Assembly: GCA_963813155.1 (NCBI GenBank)
Contig: CAWEYG010000003.1
Coordinates: 608,001 to 672,000, forward strand
Length of the DNA: 64,000 bases
Source of the DNA: an uncultured Acidobacteriota bacterium
Lineage (GTDB): Bacteria; Acidobacteriota; Thermoanaerobaculia; UBA5066; DATFVB01
Direction of reading: 5' to 3'
The position numbers were made by a program, and so were the translations under genes. Positions 10,967-20,141 of the stretch are shown here, piece by piece (the first letter of the stretch is position 1; each line of letters starts with the position of its first letter). Below the pieces are notes generated by a model. That model was given only the letters and a program-made list of their open reading frames with translations, did no database searches and was not told where the DNA came from.

Positions 10967-12189
10967 ACGACCTCCGAGATGGGGACCGTGCGCTGTTCCC
11001 GGGTCCGAAGGTTCTTCATCGTCACCGTCTGGCCGCGGACCTCGTCGGGACCGACGATCGCCGCCTCCCCGAAGTCCAACTCGGACGCGGCCGCGAGCCC
11101 CTTTTTCATGCCCTTGCCCGAAAGGTCGAGCTCGACGCGCGGCCGGGTGCGCCGCAGCCGCGACGCCACGGCGAGGGCATAGCCCGCCTCCCCGTCGCTC
11201 ATGGGAATCACCCGAACCCCTTCGCCCTCCCGCGGCGGGACGGCGGGAAGCAGATCCACGAGCCGGTCTTCGCCGATCGCAAAACCGACGCCCGGAAGGC
11301 TCGGGCCCCCGAGATCCGCGACGAGACCGTCGTATCGCCCGCCGCCGAGAATCGCGTCCTGCGCGCCGAGATCCGAGGATGTCACCTCGAAGACCGTCTT
11401 CGTGTAGTAATCGAGACCGCGCACGAGCTTCGGGTTCTCGAAGAACGCCACGCCCCCCTCCGAGAGAAGCGATTTCAACTCCTCGTGGTGGGCGCGAGAC
11501 TCCGCGTCGAGATAGTCGATCGCCCGCGGCGCGTTCTCGAGGAGATTCGCGGCGGCCGGGTCTTTCGAGTCGAACAGGCGCAGGGGATTTTCCTCGAGAC
11601 GGCGCCGGTCGTCCTCGCCAAGCCGATCGAGGTGCCCCTCCGCGAAAGCCCGGATCGCGGCGGAAAACTTCTCCCGCCCCTCTCGCCCCGGAACGGCGTT
11701 CAAGGCGACCGACAACCGCTGGAAGCCGAGCGCGCCGAGAAAATCGAACAGCAGGAAGAGAATTTCGGCGTCGCCGGCGGGACCCGGTGCGCCGAAAAGC
11801 TCCGCCCCGATCTGCCGGAACTCGCGGTATCGCCCCTTTTGCGGGCGCTCGTAGCGAAACTGGGGGCCGATGTAGAAGAGACGAAGCGGCATCGTTCCCT
11901 GGTCGAGGCGGTTCTCGATGACCGCGCGCACGACGCCCGCCGTGTTCTCGGGACGGAGAGTGAGCGAGCGATCGCCGCGATCCTGGAACGTGTACATCTC
12001 CTTGTGGACGATGTCGGTGGATTCGCCGACCGAGCGAACGAAGAGGTCGGTCGATTCGAGGACGGGCGTGCGGATCTCTCCGTACCCGTACGACGCGAAG
12101 ACCCGGCGCACCGCGTTCTCGACGTGAATCCACCGATCCGTCTCGGGTGGAAGGAGATCCCGCGTGCCCTTGACGCGCGAAACTTTCAT
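10963..12189 (-). CDS. hisS: Histidine--tRNA ligase
   Basis: KGTRDLLP, LRPENTA, FRYERPQKGRYREF, LVRGLDYY, GGGRYD. Confidence 0.97.
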
Positions 12190-12719
12190 CCTGCCCACTT
12201 TCCGTCGACACGGTAGTACTCCGCCTTGTACCCGAGATAGTGGAGGTGGTAGTTCTTCAGGTCGTCCACTTCCGCGTCCGAGAGCACCTTCGCCTGCCGG
12301 GCGGGCGCTCCGAGCCACAGCGTGCGGGGCGGAACTTTCGTCCTTGGCACGACGAGCGCGCCGGCCCCGATGAATGCGGATTCGCCGACGTCGGCGCCGT
12401 CCATCACCGTCGCGCGGATTCCGACGAGCGCTCCGCGCCGAACGGTGGCCCCGTGCACGATCGCTCCGTGGCCGAGAGTCACTTCCTCTTCGAGGACCGT
12501 CGGGTGCGTCTTCTGGGTGACGTGGATCGCGCAGTTGTCCTGGATGTTCGTCCGGTCCCCGATGCGGATGAAATGACAGTCGCCGCGGACGACCGAGTTG
12601 TACCAGACCGAGACGTCGTCCCCGAGCACGACGTCGCCGATGACGGCCGCCGTCTCGGCGAGATAGACCCTTTCTCCCAGCACCGGCGTCTTCCCGCCGT
12701 ACGATTTCACGATTCCCAC
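12186..12719 (-). CDS. Gamma carbonic anhydrase family (YrdA/PaaY-like) protein
   Basis: VIGDVVLGDDVSVWYNSVVRGD, NIQDNCAIH, TLGHGAIVHGA hexapeptide repeats. Start at 12719 or 12710. Confidence 0.92.
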   Translation of the reverse strand: MGIVKSYGGKTPVLGERVYLAETAAVIGDVVLGDDVSVWYNSVVRGDCHFIRIGDRTNIQDNCAIHVTQKTHPTVLEEEVTLGHGAIVHGATVRRGALVGIRATVMDGADVGESAFIGAGALVVPRTKVPPRTLWLGAPARQAKVLSDAEVDDLKNYHLHYLGYKAEYYRVDGKWAG

Positions 12720-12742
12720 GCGGCCTCCGAAAGACCGGCAGT

Positions 12743-13351
12743 TTAACCCGATTCCGGCCAGGGGTACGCGCCGCGCCGAAGCAGCCGGGGCGGGTCGAAA
12801 CGGGCGTCGACGAGCGTCGACGAGCGCCGTCCCGGCGTCGCTCCCCCGTCGATCAGGAGATCGAGAACGCCGCCGAACGCGATCTCGACCTCGTTCGGAT
12901 CGGAGAGGGGCGGGCTGCCCGAGATGTTCGCGGAGGTTCCCGTCAACGGGCCCGTCCGGCGCAGGAGCTCGCGAAGGTCCTCCCGGTCCGGGATGCGGAC
13001 CGCGAGGGAAGCGTCGCCCCCCGCGCATGGGATCTCGCGAAACGTCGGAAAGATCACCGTCAACGGCGCCGGCCAGAGCGGCCGGAATCGTTCCCATTCC
13101 GCGGATTCCTCGATCCCGAGCTCTTTCAGGTGTTCCGCCCCGGCGAAGAGAACCGGCAGAGCCTTTTCCGCGCTCCTCCCCTTGAGCTCGAAAACGCGGC
13201 CCACCGCCTTCGCGCTGCCCGGGTTCGCCGCGAGCGCGTAATACGTCTCGGTCGGAATCGCCGCGACGCCGTCGGACGCGAGGAACTCGCGAAAGGCGCG
13301 AAGCTCTTCCTCTGAGGCGAGGAGCGCCTCCAGGGAGAGGCGGCGCGTCAT
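12743..13351 (-). CDS. tsaC: L-threonylcarbamoyl-AMP synthase (YrdC/TsaC, no SUA5 C-terminal domain)
   Basis: PTETYYAL, KGR..K, WPAPLT, TSANISG, SSTLVD. Confidence 0.93.
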   Translation of the reverse strand: MTRRLSLEALLASEEELRAFREFLASDGVAAIPTETYYALAANPGSAKAVGRVFELKGRSAEKALPVLFAGAEHLKELGIEESAEWERFRPLWPAPLTVIFPTFREIPCAGGDASLAVRIPDREDLRELLRRTGPLTGTSANISGSPPLSDPNEVEIAFGGVLDLLIDGGATPGRRSSTLVDARFDPPRLLRRGAYPWPESG

Positions 13352-13375
13352 CGGGGGGTCCGCCGGGCTCCGCCT

Positions 13376-14413
13376 TCAGCCCGCGACATATTTCGAATAG
13401 AGGTCCCGGGCGCGGACGAGGTCCTCCGTCCCGCGAACGACGCAGCGGCCGTCGGAAAAGAGCGTGAGCAGCACGTCCTCGACCGGAACGGAGACAACGT
13501 GGGGCGACCTCTGGACGGTTCCGTAGCGCGACCACGCCCGGGCGAGGCTTTCCAGGTCCGGACGCGAGCCGCCCCGCGATACCACCTGCACGCTGTTCCG
13601 GCCGCACAGCTTGACCGCCTCCGATGCGCCTTCCCCGTCGAGCGCGGGATAACGCCGGCCCGCGCACACATCGCAGAGAACGGTCGGCCCGGCCGATGCG
13701 AATGCGCGGACCGGCGAGACGTCGCCCTCCCAGACGGAAAGGGTGAGCACGCCCCGCGAAGGAGCCTTCCCGACGGCGATCCGGAGGGCTTCGCTCATCG
13801 CGAGCGACGCCACGAGCGGAGGGAGCGCGGGCACGACGCCGGCCGTCTCGCAGGTCGGTCCTGTTCCCCCAGCGGGAAGCGCGCCGAGATAGCAGCGCAA
13901 GCAAGGGCAGCCCGGGTCCGGCGTCGAGACGGCGACGAGCCCGTCCGAACCCACGCAGGCCGCATAAATCGTCGGAATTCCGAACCGCTTGCCCGCGTCG
14001 GACACGAGGAAACGAGTTTCGAAGTTGTCGCTGCCGTCGACGATCACGTCGTGGCCCGAAAGCAGGTCCTCGACGTTTCGAAAGTCGAGGTCCGCGACGA
14101 CGGGGCAAAGCTCGACGGCGGAGCTCATCCGTGCCAGCCGCGAGGCCGCGGCCTCGGCCTTCGGGGAGACGGCCCGCGCGTCGGCTTCGTCGAACAGGAA
14201 CTGGCGCTGGAGATTCGATTCCTCCACGACGTCTCGGTCGATCAGCGAGACCCGGCCGAACCCCGACCGAACCGCGATCTCCGCGGCGACGGTCCCGACG
14301 GCCCCGACGCCGACGAGAGCGATGCCCGCCCGCCCGATCGTCTCCTGGCCTGCCGCGCCAATGCCCGGAAACGATTCCGAGCGCGAATAACGCGAACCTT
14401 CCGACCTGCTCAT
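13376..14413 (-). CDS. ThiF/MoeB family adenylyltransferase
   Basis: GVGAVG, DRDVVEESNLQRQ, DGSDNFETR, CLRC, TCETAGV, LCGRNSVQV. Confidence 0.92.
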   Translation of the reverse strand: MSRSEGSRYSRSESFPGIGAAGQETIGRAGIALVGVGAVGTVAAEIAVRSGFGRVSLIDRDVVEESNLQRQFLFDEADARAVSPKAEAAASRLARMSSAVELCPVVADLDFRNVEDLLSGHDVIVDGSDNFETRFLVSDAGKRFGIPTIYAACVGSDGLVAVSTPDPGCPCLRCYLGALPAGGTGPTCETAGVVPALPPLVASLAMSEALRIAVGKAPSRGVLTLSVWEGDVSPVRAFASAGPTVLCDVCAGRRYPALDGEGASEAVKLCGRNSVQVVSRGGSRPDLESLARAWSRYGTVQRSPHVVSVPVEDVLLTLFSDGRCVVRGTEDLVRARDLYSKYVAG

Positions 14414-16095
14414 CGGGCCCTCACCGCGCCCTTCGCGGTGGACTTCAAGAGCTCGCGGGCGTGGTCTCGCGCGGTCGCCGTCACCATTTCCCCGGCCAGC
14501 ATTCGGGCGATTTCCTCGTTTCTGTCCTCACCGGCCAGTTCTTCGATCGACGCCCTCGTCCGGCCCCGCGCGACCGTTTTCACGGCCCGCAGGTGCCTGT
14601 CGGCGAGCGCCGCGATCTGAGGCACGTGCGTCACGCAGAGCACCTGGTCCCGCGCCGAGAGCGCTTTCAACTTCCGGCCGACGACTTCCGCGACCCGTCC
14701 CCCGATCCCCGCGTCCACTTCGTCGAAGATGAGCGTGCGAGGAGCAGCCTTGCTGCGGCGAAGGCACGCCGACTCGATCGCGAGCTGGACCCGCGACAGC
14801 TCGCCGCCCGAGGCGACCTTCGAGAGGGGGCGTTCCGGCTCGCCGGGGTTCGCGGTGAACAGGATCTCCGCCCGGTCCAGACCGCGCGGGGCCACCGGCT
14901 CGGCCCGTTCCGCGAGCTCAATGCGGAATTTCGCCTTGTCCATCGCAAGGTCCGACAGCTCGCGCCGGACGTCGGCCGAAAGCTGCCCCGCGGCGTCCCG
15001 GCGCCCCGCGGACAGATCCCGCGCCGCGGCGAAATACTCCTCTCGCGTCCGCTCGCACTCTTTCGCGAGCCGCTCGAGCGAGTCGTCGAGATTCGAGAGC
15101 GCCTCTTCCTCGCCCGCGGCCCGGTCCCGATATGCGAGGATTTCCGCGACGTCCGCGCCGTACTTCTGTTTCAAACGGGCGAGCTTCGCGAGCCGGTCTT
15201 CGAGCTCCGCGAGGCGTTCCGGATCGGATTCGATCGAGGCGGCGGCGTCCCTCGCCACCGCGGCCAGATCGGCGATGCGCGACTTGAGCTCCCCGCACTC
15301 CCGCTCGGCCTCGGAAAAACCGCCGTCGATCCGCGCGAGGTCCGACAGCGCCCGATAGGCCGCGCCGAGTCGATCCGCCGCCGACCCCTCGTCCTCGGAG
15401 AGCTCCAAGACGGCGGACTCCCCGAGCTGCCGGATGCGGTCGGCGTGCAGCAGGCGATTTCGCTCCGACGCAAGCGCGGCCTCGTCGGTTCCCTCGAGCC
15501 GCGCCTCCTCGATCTCCCGGATCTCGTAACGATGCCGGTCGAGAAGGCGATCGCGGTCCCGGCGGGACGCTTCGAGCTCGTTTTTCCTCGCCTCGGCCGC
15601 GCTCACCTGCGCCGCCAGCCGCTTCACGCCGGCGGCGAGGGCGCCGAGATCGGGCGAATCATCGAGAAGATCGAGCGCCGCGTCCGGATCGAGCAGCCGG
15701 CGCTCGCCCCCCTGCCCGTGGATTGCGAGCAGCGCTTCGCCGATTCGAGACACCGTCCGCGCCGTCGCCGGCTCGTCGTTGACGAACGCGCGGCCCCTCC
15801 CGTCGGCGCCCATTTCGCGCCGGACCAGAAGGTCCCCTTCCATCGGAACGCCCGCCTCCTCGAGAATCCCGCGCACCGTGGCCGCGGCGTCGAAGCGGGC
15901 GGCGACCGACATCTTCTCGGAGTCGTGCCGCAGCATCTCGGCTGAAGCCCGGCCGCCCGAAAGCAGCGTCAGGGCGTCGACGAGAATCGACTTGCCGGCG
16001 CCCGTCTCGCCGGTGATCGCGGTGAAGCCCTCGCCGAGCGCGAGCGTGAGGTTCTCGACGATCGCGAAATTCCGAATCGAGAGGTCGCGCAGCAC
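14410..16095 (-). CDS. recN: DNA repair protein RecN
   Basis: ITGETGAGKS, coiled coil, VASGGELSR, IFDEVDAGIGG, CVTHVPQIAA. Confidence 0.97.
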   Translation of the reverse strand: MLRDLSIRNFAIVENLTLALGEGFTAITGETGAGKSILVDALTLLSGGRASAEMLRHDSEKMSVAARFDAAATVRGILEEAGVPMEGDLLVRREMGADGRGRAFVNDEPATARTVSRIGEALLAIHGQGGERRLLDPDAALDLLDDSPDLGALAAGVKRLAAQVSAAEARKNELEASRRDRDRLLDRHRYEIREIEEARLEGTDEAALASERNRLLHADRIRQLGESAVLELSEDEGSAADRLGAAYRALSDLARIDGGFSEAERECGELKSRIADLAAVARDAAASIESDPERLAELEDRLAKLARLKQKYGADVAEILAYRDRAAGEEEALSNLDDSLERLAKECERTREEYFAAARDLSAGRRDAAGQLSADVRRELSDLAMDKAKFRIELAERAEPVAPRGLDRAEILFTANPGEPERPLSKVASGGELSRVQLAIESACLRRSKAAPRTLIFDEVDAGIGGRVAEVVGRKLKALSARDQVLCVTHVPQIAALADRHLRAVKTVARGRTRASIEELAGEDRNEEIARMLAGEMVTATARDHARELLKSTAKGAVRAR

Positions 16096-16112
16096 GCGGG
16101 GATTTTATCCCC

Positions 16113-16886
16113 TTACGGGTGGGCCTTCTTCTGCGCCACCTTCTTCGCGGGCACTCCGCCGAAGATCTCGTAATCCCCGATCTCCCTGTTCGCGACCGAA
16201 TGGGACGCGAGGATCGAGTCGTGGCCGATCTGCACGCCGGAGAAGACCGTCGAGTGGTAGGTGATCCGGGCGTTGTCGCCGATCACGGTTCGGCCGAGGG
16301 ACACGTCGTTGATGTCTTCGACGGCGTGCGAGTGCGAATAGATGTTCGCGTAGTCCGAAATCGACACGTTGTTGCCGATCACGACTTCGCCCCGGTCGTC
16401 GATCAGGACGTTCCGGTGGATCGTCACGTTGTCGCCGACGCTCAGGTTGTAGCCGAAAGAAAACTCGCAATCGTGGAAGATGCGGACGTTCTCCCCGCAG
16501 CGCCGGAAGACGCGGCGGGCGAGCATCCCGCGGACCTGGGTGCCGAGCAGAATGTTCCTCCCGACGGGCGAATGATCGAACATCTGCCAGAACCAGAGGA
16601 GGGGCTTCGTCTTCGCCCATTTCTCCAGGTCGATCTCGTTGTAGTACTCCGCCTCCAGGGTCGCGTTTCTCGGATCGAACGAGGCCGCGGCCACGCTCGA
16701 GGCCAGGGCACCCGGGTGCGAGGCAACGGAGCCTCCCGCGGCCCCGGCGTACAGCCCGGCGAGCGTCTCGCGAACGACGTCGTTGCGGTCGGAAGCCGGG
16801 TCGTCGAGCCTTGCCGCCAGGTCGGCGACGAAGCGTGGATAGAGGCTCTCCGCGAGCTCTCCGGAGCGGAAGCTTCTCAGCGTCAT
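16113..16886 (-). CDS. Hexapeptide-repeat (left-handed beta-helix) acyltransferase with N-terminal helical extension
   Basis: LSVGDNVTIHRNVLIDDRGEVVIGNNVSIS, TVIGDNARI, FGGVPAK. Confidence 0.88.
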   Translation of the reverse strand: MTLRSFRSGELAESLYPRFVADLAARLDDPASDRNDVVRETLAGLYAGAAGGSVASHPGALASSVAAASFDPRNATLEAEYYNEIDLEKWAKTKPLLWFWQMFDHSPVGRNILLGTQVRGMLARRVFRRCGENVRIFHDCEFSFGYNLSVGDNVTIHRNVLIDDRGEVVIGNNVSISDYANIYSHSHAVEDINDVSLGRTVIGDNARITYHSTVFSGVQIGHDSILASHSVANREIGDYEIFGGVPAKKVAQKKAHP

Positions 16887-16971
16887 AGGCGGCAGATTCT
16901 AGTATCCCGCCGCGGGAATAGCGAGAGTCGCGCCGGAGGACTAGAATCGACCTGCCGACCGGAGGTTCGCC

Positions 16972-17781
16972 ATGAACTTCGCGAAATACCACGCGCTCGG
17001 AAACGACTACCTCGTGTTCCATTCGAAAGACTTCGACCGGGAATTGACGCCCGCCCAGATTCGCCGGATCTGTCACCGGCAGTACGGCGTGGGCGCCGAC
17101 GGCATCCTCTGGACTTCCATCCATCCCGAGAGCCGCGAGTTCTCCCTGCGGATCTTCAACCCCGACGGCTCGGAGGCGGAAAAGAGCGGCAACGGAGTCC
17201 GAATTTTCTCGCGTTTCCTCTGGGATCTCGGCTACATCAACGACGAGGAGGTCGAGATCCGGACGCCCGGCGGACCCGTCTCGACCGTCGTCCACCGGCG
17301 AGGCGACCAGGTCACCGTGCGCCTCGGAAAGGCGAGCTTCCTCGTGCTCGAGGAGCCGATCGAGGCCGCCGGCCGCCACTACAAATTTTCCGGCGTCACT
17401 TTGGGAAACCCGCACTGCGTGATCCTGCTGCCGGAGATCTCGCGAGCCGAGGCGATCGCGGCGGGACCGGTCATCGAGACGGACCCGCGTTTTCCGAATC
17501 GGACGAACGTTCAGTTCGTCCGCGTCGCCAGCCCTTCCCGCATCGAGATCGAAATCTGGGAAAGGGGCGCCGGTTACACGCTCTCCTCGGGAACGAGCAG
17601 TGGCGCGGCCGCGGCCGTCGCCCGGAAGCTGGGCTTCTGCGGTCCGGAAATCCGGGTCGCGATGCCCGGCGGCGAGGTGGCCGTGGAAATCGGCCCGGAA
17701 TTCGAGGTGACGCTCACGGGACCGGTCACGAGCGTGTGCCACGGAACTCTCTCGGCCGAGCTGTTGCAATCCGCGAAGTGA
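16972..17781 (+). CDS. dapF: Diaminopimelate epimerase
   Basis: KYHALGNDY, GVGADG, NPDGSEAEKSGNG, GNPHC, WERGAGYTLSSGT. Both usual catalytic Cys positions read as Ser (EKSGNG, TLSSGT). Confidence 0.9.
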   Translation: MNFAKYHALGNDYLVFHSKDFDRELTPAQIRRICHRQYGVGADGILWTSIHPESREFSLRIFNPDGSEAEKSGNGVRIFSRFLWDLGYINDEEVEIRTPGGPVSTVVHRRGDQVTVRLGKASFLVLEEPIEAAGRHYKFSGVTLGNPHCVILLPEISRAEAIAAGPVIETDPRFPNRTNVQFVRVASPSRIEIEIWERGAGYTLSSGTSSGAAAAVARKLGFCGPEIRVAMPGGEVAVEIGPEFEVTLTGPVTSVCHGTLSAELLQSAK

Positions 17782-17984
17782 CCCGGCCGGAAGAAACCGC
17801 GCCTCCGCCCGACCCCGGGCTGTGCGGCGACTGCCGGCATTCCCGAATCGTCCGTTCGGATCGGGGCGCGTCGTTCTATCGCTGCGGGCTCTCCGACGCC
17901 GACCCGTCGTACGCCCGGTTCCCCGCGCTTCCGGTTCGCTCATGCGCGGGATACCATCCGCGCTGGAGCAAGGAGAATTCATGA
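17778..17984 (+). CDS. Small Cys-rich hypothetical protein (68 aa)
   Basis: GTGA overlap with the dapF stop and ATGA overlap with the M28 start; GLCGDCRH..FYRC..ARFPALPVRSCAGY. Confidence 0.7.
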   Translation: MTRPEETAPPPDPGLCGDCRHSRIVRSDRGASFYRCGLSDADPSYARFPALPVRSCAGYHPRWSKENS

Positions 17985-19219
17985 ACGCACGCTGGCTTTC
18001 CGGTCTCGTCTTCGCAACGGCCTCGATCGCGGGCGCCGAGTCGCTCGCCGTTCCCGTCCCCCCTGCCGCGGACGTGCGGCAGATCGATTCGGAGCTCGTC
18101 GCGTGCGGCACCCGGCATTCCCTTTCCTCGTGGACCGATCCGAAGCGCGGGATCGGGTGCGCGCGCGACAAGATCGCCGGCTTCGATCAGCGGGTAGCCG
18201 CCGGCCGGGCGGGATCCTCGATCGTCATCGACCGGTTCGAAGCGTCCTCCGAGCGAACCCACGGCGCCGCTCCGCTGCAGAACGTGTATCTCGTTTCGGA
18301 AGGCTCCGATCCGCTCCTTCGAAAGATCGCGTTCCTGGTCTCGGGCCATTTCGACTCGATGTGCTCCGATTTCATGAGCGCCGAGTGCGACGCTCCGGGC
18401 GCCGACGACGACGCATCCGGCACGACCGTTTCGCTGGAGTCGGCGCTCCTCCTCGCGGGAATGCCGCACCGCGCCACGATCGTGTTCGCGGCGGTCTCGG
18501 GGGAAGAACAGGGGCTCCTCGGCGGCAAGAGACTCCTGGAATGGACGAAGGCGCAGGGCTACACCGTCGGGGGAATGCTCAACAACGACATCGTCGGCGC
18601 GACGAACGGCGCCCCGGACCGCCGGCCGCGGCTGTTCAGCGACACGGACGGTTTTTCGCCGTCGAGGGAGCTCGGCCTCTGGATCGACGAATTCGTGGGC
18701 GGCGTGCGCCTCGTGTTTCGAAAGGATCGCTTCGGGCGCGGCGGGGACCACCTGCCGTTCGTGGAGGCGGGCCTCCCGGCCGTGCGATTCTGCGAGCCGC
18801 AGGAAGACTACCGGCACCAGCACCAGACCCCCCGCACCGAGAAGGGCGTGGAATACGGCGATCTCCAGAAGTTCATGGACTTCGACTCGCTCGCCTCGGT
18901 CGCGCAAAAGAACGCGGAATCCCTGTGGAAGCTCGCGAACGCGCCGCTTCCCCCGTCGGGCGTCGAGGTGGAAGGGGCCGTCCGGCCCGTCGCGACGGTG
19001 ACGTTCGCTGCCCCCGACGACCCGGGGCGCGACGGCTTCGAGATTCTCTATCGGGAGACGACCGAGGCGCGATGGAAGGTGCTGCAACCGGCCGCGGCGC
19101 CGGGATCGGTCGAAACCAAAATCCCGATCGACAACGTCTTCTTCGCGGTGCGATCGGTCGGCAAGAACGGGATTCGGTCGATCGCGGTCGACGCGCAGCC
19201 GATAGTCAAGAGAAAATAG
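17981..19219 (+). CDS. Secreted M28 family metallopeptidase with C-terminal FN3-like domain
   Basis: AGGAG SD, signal peptide, SGHFDS, PGADDDASG, GEEQGLLG, NNDIVG, GGDHLPF. Confidence 0.9.
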   Translation: MNARWLSGLVFATASIAGAESLAVPVPPAADVRQIDSELVACGTRHSLSSWTDPKRGIGCARDKIAGFDQRVAAGRAGSSIVIDRFEASSERTHGAAPLQNVYLVSEGSDPLLRKIAFLVSGHFDSMCSDFMSAECDAPGADDDASGTTVSLESALLLAGMPHRATIVFAAVSGEEQGLLGGKRLLEWTKAQGYTVGGMLNNDIVGATNGAPDRRPRLFSDTDGFSPSRELGLWIDEFVGGVRLVFRKDRFGRGGDHLPFVEAGLPAVRFCEPQEDYRHQHQTPRTEKGVEYGDLQKFMDFDSLASVAQKNAESLWKLANAPLPPSGVEVEGAVRPVATVTFAAPDDPGRDGFEILYRETTEARWKVLQPAAAPGSVETKIPIDNVFFAVRSVGKNGIRSIAVDAQPIVKRK

Positions 19220-19225
19220 AGCGGC

Positions 19226-19342
19226 GCTCGGGTCGGGGCCAACGCGCCGGCGCAGGCTGGTCTCTGAGATCCCGAGGGAAAGCGAACTGCGGCCGAGGGT
19301 CGAAGAGACTTGCCGAGACCGGCGCTGGGGCTTGACCCGAGC
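19226..19342 (+). other. 117-nt rod-like inverted repeat between convergent genes (candidate structured RNA or REP-like element)
   Basis: Nested stems GCTCGGGTC/GACCCGAGC, GCGCCGG/CCGGCGC, GTCTCT/AGAGAC, GATCC/GGGTC, with G-U pairs on the + strand. Confidence 0.55.
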
Positions 19343-19605
19343 TACTCCCCCGCCTTCGAGTACGGCAGCTCTTCGTGCCGTTTCGTCGAGTTGTCGAGGT
19401 GTTTCGGCACTTCGACGATCGTTCGCGTCACGTTGGGGTCGCAGTTCGGCGACGTGTCCCAATCGCACTCGTACGTGTAGACGTTCTTGTCGCCCGCTTT
19501 CTTGAATTCGATCACGGTCTGGTAGCGGTCGCAATTTCCGCATTTGACCGACATCATGAAGATGTCGATCACGTGCAACTCGGGGTTTTCCTGAATTTCG
19601 TCCAT
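19342..19605 (-). CDS. Small putative zinc-ribbon protein (87 aa)
   Basis: MDEIQENPELHVIDIFMMSVKCGNCDRYQT..YTYECDWDTSPNCDP; CxxC plus two further Cys; protein-like composition. Confidence 0.75.
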   Translation of the reverse strand: MDEIQENPELHVIDIFMMSVKCGNCDRYQTVIEFKKAGDKNVYTYECDWDTSPNCDPNVTRTIVEVPKHLDNSTKRHEELPYSKAGE

Positions 19606-19682
19606 AGCCCGATTATCGTCTTTTTTCTTCTCGGCCGACCCGATAGCTCGATAGACTGAGCGCTCAAGAAAGGAGTCGTGAG

Positions 19683-20126
19683 ATGAAAAAGCTGATTGCC
19701 CTGCTAGTTGGCGCCGCGGTGACGACCTCCGCGTTCGCCGCATCGACGGAAAAGACGATCCCGGTGCCCAAGCGCGATCAGGACGTGACGATTAACTTCA
19801 GCTCCGAGGGCGCGAAGATCGAGAGCGTCCGAATTCAGAACTACCCCGACTCGGACGATGTTGAAAAGGCCAGAACCAAGGATCCCAAAGACACGAAGTT
19901 GACGTTTTGGAATTTTTCCGTTTCCAATCGATCCGAAAAAAAGGTCAAAATGAAGATCGAGTTCGAGATCATTGGAAAAGACGGCGAATCGGTCGGCCAC
20001 TTCGACAAGAAGGACACCGTCGACGCGGGCAAGACCGACGACAACATCCGGGTGTGGGTCCACATGAAGACTCTCGACATCATCTCCGCGAAGAGCGCGA
20101 AGCTTCACCTCTCGATCGAGCCCTAG
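19683..20126 (+). CDS. Secreted hypothetical protein (beta-rich, Lys/Asp-rich)
   Basis: AAGGAG SD; signal peptide MKKLIALLVGAAVTTSAFA. Confidence 0.85.
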   Translation: MKKLIALLVGAAVTTSAFAASTEKTIPVPKRDQDVTINFSSEGAKIESVRIQNYPDSDDVEKARTKDPKDTKLTFWNFSVSNRSEKKVKMKIEFEIIGKDGESVGHFDKKDTVDAGKTDDNIRVWVHMKTLDIISAKSAKLHLSIEP

Positions 20127-20141
20127 CCCGCGACCCGGCCC

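Noticed and set aside
19260-19290. Hammerhead-like CUGA..GAAA words, or SRP RNA, within the intergenic hairpin
   Set aside because: The CUGANGA core and stem arrangement do not fit, and the SRP helix 8 motif (CAGG..GNRA..AGCA) is absent on both strands.
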